A stretch of 61,477 bases of DNA, counting the filler, from Vannella sp. (taxonomy: Eukaryota), in NCBI GenBank assembly GCA_023345925.1. It is 4 parts of 4 records of this genome, joined end to end, with 100 filler letters (N's around TTAATTAATTAA, not from the genome) between each part and the next. Parts side by side here need not be neighbours in the genome. Positions count along the whole stretch, not along the records: positions 46,350 to 61,477 come from JAJQQN010001082.1; 3 more parts are not named here. One strand, written 5' to 3'. Position 1 is the stretch's first letter. The number at the start of each line of letters is the position of its first letter. Below, in pieces: positions 58,723 through 61,477 of the stretch. The notes below the pieces were generated by a model. That model was not told the DNA's origin and made no database searches. It saw nothing but the letters and a program-made list of their open reading frames with translations. The position numbers were made by a program, and so were the translations under genes.

Positions 58723-61202
58723 ATGCTCTCGAGACCGGTTCTGCTTCTGTTGGGTTTGTGGCCGCTTTTCTCTCTCCGTTGTCCCTTTGACTGATCATGA
58801 GAAGGATGTGCTCTCTTTTTAGTGTCTGGTACATCATACACCTCTCCAGAGGAGTTCTCTCTCGCCACCATCGGCTGGCTATCCAAAGTGGGCCAAAACG
58901 GGCCCTTTTCGGTTGCTAACCGGCTTGGCGTGATCCAATCTGCCACTGGTAAGCAGCGACACGGATAGGTTTACTCTGACTTTGCGAAAAGGCTTGGCGC
59001 TAGCGCTGGAGGATGTGAACAAGAACCAGGAGATCCTCCCCAACACAAAACTCATCATCAACAGCGTAGATCACTTCCTAGACCCTTCCGTGAGATGTCT
59101 AGTACATATCATCGTCTATGTGACTTATCCTCAGCCAGATTGCAATCAAGTTCATGCTCTCCATGGACCGCCAGAACATCACTTTGGTGTTGGGCAACCC
59201 AACTTCGTTGATTTCCACTCAAACAGGAGTAGTTGGGACCGTCTTTAACATGGCCCAGTTATCCTTTGCAGCAGTAGCTCCATTATTCTCTAACAAGAGG
59301 GTTTACCCGCACTATAATCGACTAGTCCCCTCCTGCACGAAACAGGCACAAGTGCTAAGAGACCTTTTACTCTACTATTCGAAGGAGGGTCCAGGATGGA
59401 CAGACGTTGCCATCATCAGTACCACCGACCCGTACGGGACGACGTTATCAGCTGAGTTTACGGCAATCACGAAAGGAGAATTCGTTATCCGAACTTACCA
59501 ACAGTACCGAGTGGCTGCCACTAATGTCACTTTTGAAATCGCTCAAATCAAGCAGTCCAGCGCTCGTTTGATTGTCGCCTTTATCTTGTTTGGATGGGAA
59601 ACGGTGGTTATTGAAGCGAACAAACAAGGACTCATCAACGAGCAGCACGTTTGGATTACTTCTGATACTGCTGTTGGGATCCCATTTACAAACAACGTCA
59701 CCAGTGAAATAGCTCAGTTGTCCCGAGGGCTCTTGGGCTCGTTTACCTACATTCCTGATAACATCAAAACTCAATCTTTCGTGGAACGCTTTTCAAGTCT
59801 CGACCCGCAACTTTACCCTGCTGCTGGACCTGACTTTCCTCCTTATCTTTATACCCTACTGTCGTATGATGTTGGCATAATGGCCGGATTAGCTGTAGCG
59901 CAAGCAGATAAGGAGCAATTGCTGAACGCGCGAGTTACAGGAGAAACTTGGGCAAGAATCATTCGCAATATCACTTTCGAGGGCCTTTCTGGAAAGGTTG
60001 TATTGGACGAGTCAGGAGACCGCGTGAATGACTTCTCTTTGAGATACTTCTCGCCAGAATCGTATCCCAGCCAGTGGATCCCTTTTGGCCGCTGGTCGAA
60101 CGACGGGTCGGGGTTTACTCCTGATACCAGCAAGAAGGTTGTTTGGTTCTCTAACACCACAGCTGTACCAGATTTAGGAATACCGTTCAAGTATTGGTCT
60201 TGCCATAAGAAAGAGAAGGGAGAGGGAACGGGGAAAACCATTCAACTAAGGAAACCGGATGGAGACGATGTTAACTACATCAAGCAGAACTACCATTGCG
60301 ACAACTTCATTGACTGTCAAAATCTATCTGACGAGAGCGTCGATTGTCCAAGCAACTACGAAGCCGTCTTCATCGCCTTTGGAATCGTCACTGGCCTACT
60401 TATCCTTCTGGCTATCATTCTAATTGTCTTTGTTATTGTATTTGGAATCTGCATGGGGTACCGGCGATTGAGAGGGGCCAGCCCCTCCTTCCTAATCTTA
60501 ATTCTTTTCTCTGTAATAATGGGTTACTCCTCCGTCTTTGCCTGGTTTGGGAAGCCTCACCCTGTGGGATGCAATTTCCAGCCGTGGCTTTTAGGATTGA
60601 GTGTCAACTCCATGATTTCCGCGCTTTGTGTGAAAAACTTCCGAATGTGGAGGATCTTCCGGTTCCCCTTCAGAAGGACAAAGATCTCTGACTTTGAGCT
60701 TCTCCTGCTTTGGATCTTGTGCATGATTCCTGCATTCCTCATTCTGATCATCTGGACCATCATCTCGACTCCAACTGCTGCAATGGAACGCAGAGACGGT
60801 GCAAATCATTTTGTTTGCCAGACAGGCGGGTTTACTGGCCCCCCTGGTGGATTGGTCTTCTTCTTCATACTTGTAGCTTACAGTGGCTTCATTCTTCTGT
60901 TGGGCATTATTGTGTCGATTGCGGGCCGGAACATTCCTTCTCGATTCAACGAGAGCAAGCTCATTGCCATCTCCATTTACAATCTTCTTTTCCTTGCTGC
61001 CGTCATCATTCCTGTGTTCTTGGTACTTCAGCAATTCAACCCATTTATCGCTTGGATTCTCCGCACGCTCGCTATTCTCTACGCCTTCTCAGCGACTATG
61101 CTTCTCCTGTTTATCCCCTTAGTAGTTGGCATCTTCATCATTGACAAAGGTAGAAACCCTTTTTTCAAGCCCACCAAGAAAAGTGAAAAAAACACTATTT
61201 GA
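58723..61202 (+). CDS. Class C (GABA-B-like) G-protein-coupled receptor with an LDLa-like module
   Basis: Signal peptide after splicing, ANF/Venus-flytrap domain (ALEDVNKNQEILPN, FSNKRVYP, FEGLSGKVVLDESGDR) and 7tm_3 region (ASPSFL, KNFRMWRIF, FNESKLIAISIYN). 3 introns at the 5' end. Confidence 0.9.
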
Positions 61203-61477
61203 CGGCCTGGTGTCGATTGCTAACGATTCCTGCCCTAATCTCTGCAAATAGTATGATTCTGTCCGAATACAAATGTTTTCTAACAAACAAGAACTCAGGA
61301 AAGGCCCCAGAAAGAAGAAGTCCACTTTTATATGAGAGAAGTCACGAGTGGCGAGGGCATTTCCCCTTGTTTGGGTCCTCAAACATCCACAAAGTAAAAA
61401 AATGAAATCAGTCCAAAAGCTTATCCTGAAGAGATGGAGGTCATCAGGGCAAGCTTCGCAAACACGAGTTCTGCCCC

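Noticed and set aside
690..61202. Alternative genetic code or stop-codon readthrough as the cause of ORF fragmentation
   Set aside because: Breaks in the conserved genes I traced are resolved by short GT-AG or GC-AG introns, and TAA, TAG and TGA all serve as terminal stops.
1..61477. tRNA, rRNA, snRNA, CRISPR array or transposase genes
   Set aside because: None was recognisable by eye. A covariance-model scan would be needed to exclude small RNAs.

Overview
Compact, intron-rich eukaryotic nuclear DNA. The gene set (GH25 Lys1-type lysozyme, GABA-B-like class C GPCR, ankyrin-SAM-TKL kinase) suggests an amoebozoan-like protist, which is an inference. The window is four contigs joined by artificial 100-nt N44-TTAATTAATTAA-N44 linkers (21224-21323, 26724-26823, 46250-46349). 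I hand-spliced about 27 protein-coding genes in the standard code, with introns of about 45-65 nt. They include DBR1, VPS16, eIF2B-epsilon, a GSK3-like kinase, a DHHC palmitoyltransferase, alkaline phosphatase, RAD50, RAB3GAP2, two TMEM43-like paralogues (one frameshifted), a GH25 lysozyme, an atypical Rho GTPase, a J-protein, DPM1, RSAD1/HemW, a TPR protein, TFIIIC Tfc4, BRE1, an ANK-SAM-kinase, MAEA, uL30m, VPS13 and a class C GPCR. Feature coordinates are gene spans including introns. The most notable items are (1) a signal-peptide protein that appears to fuse a degenerate LSMT-type SET domain, a GT-A glycosyltransferase and a GT77-like domain; (2) a class C GPCR with an LDL-receptor class A module between the Venus flytrap and 7TM domains; (3) a probably GTPase-deficient Rho; (4) branch-point-distance 3' splice-site choice with many AAG acceptors and GC-AG introns; and (5) extremely short intergenic spacers. 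All family calls come from motif recognition by eye; no database searches were run.
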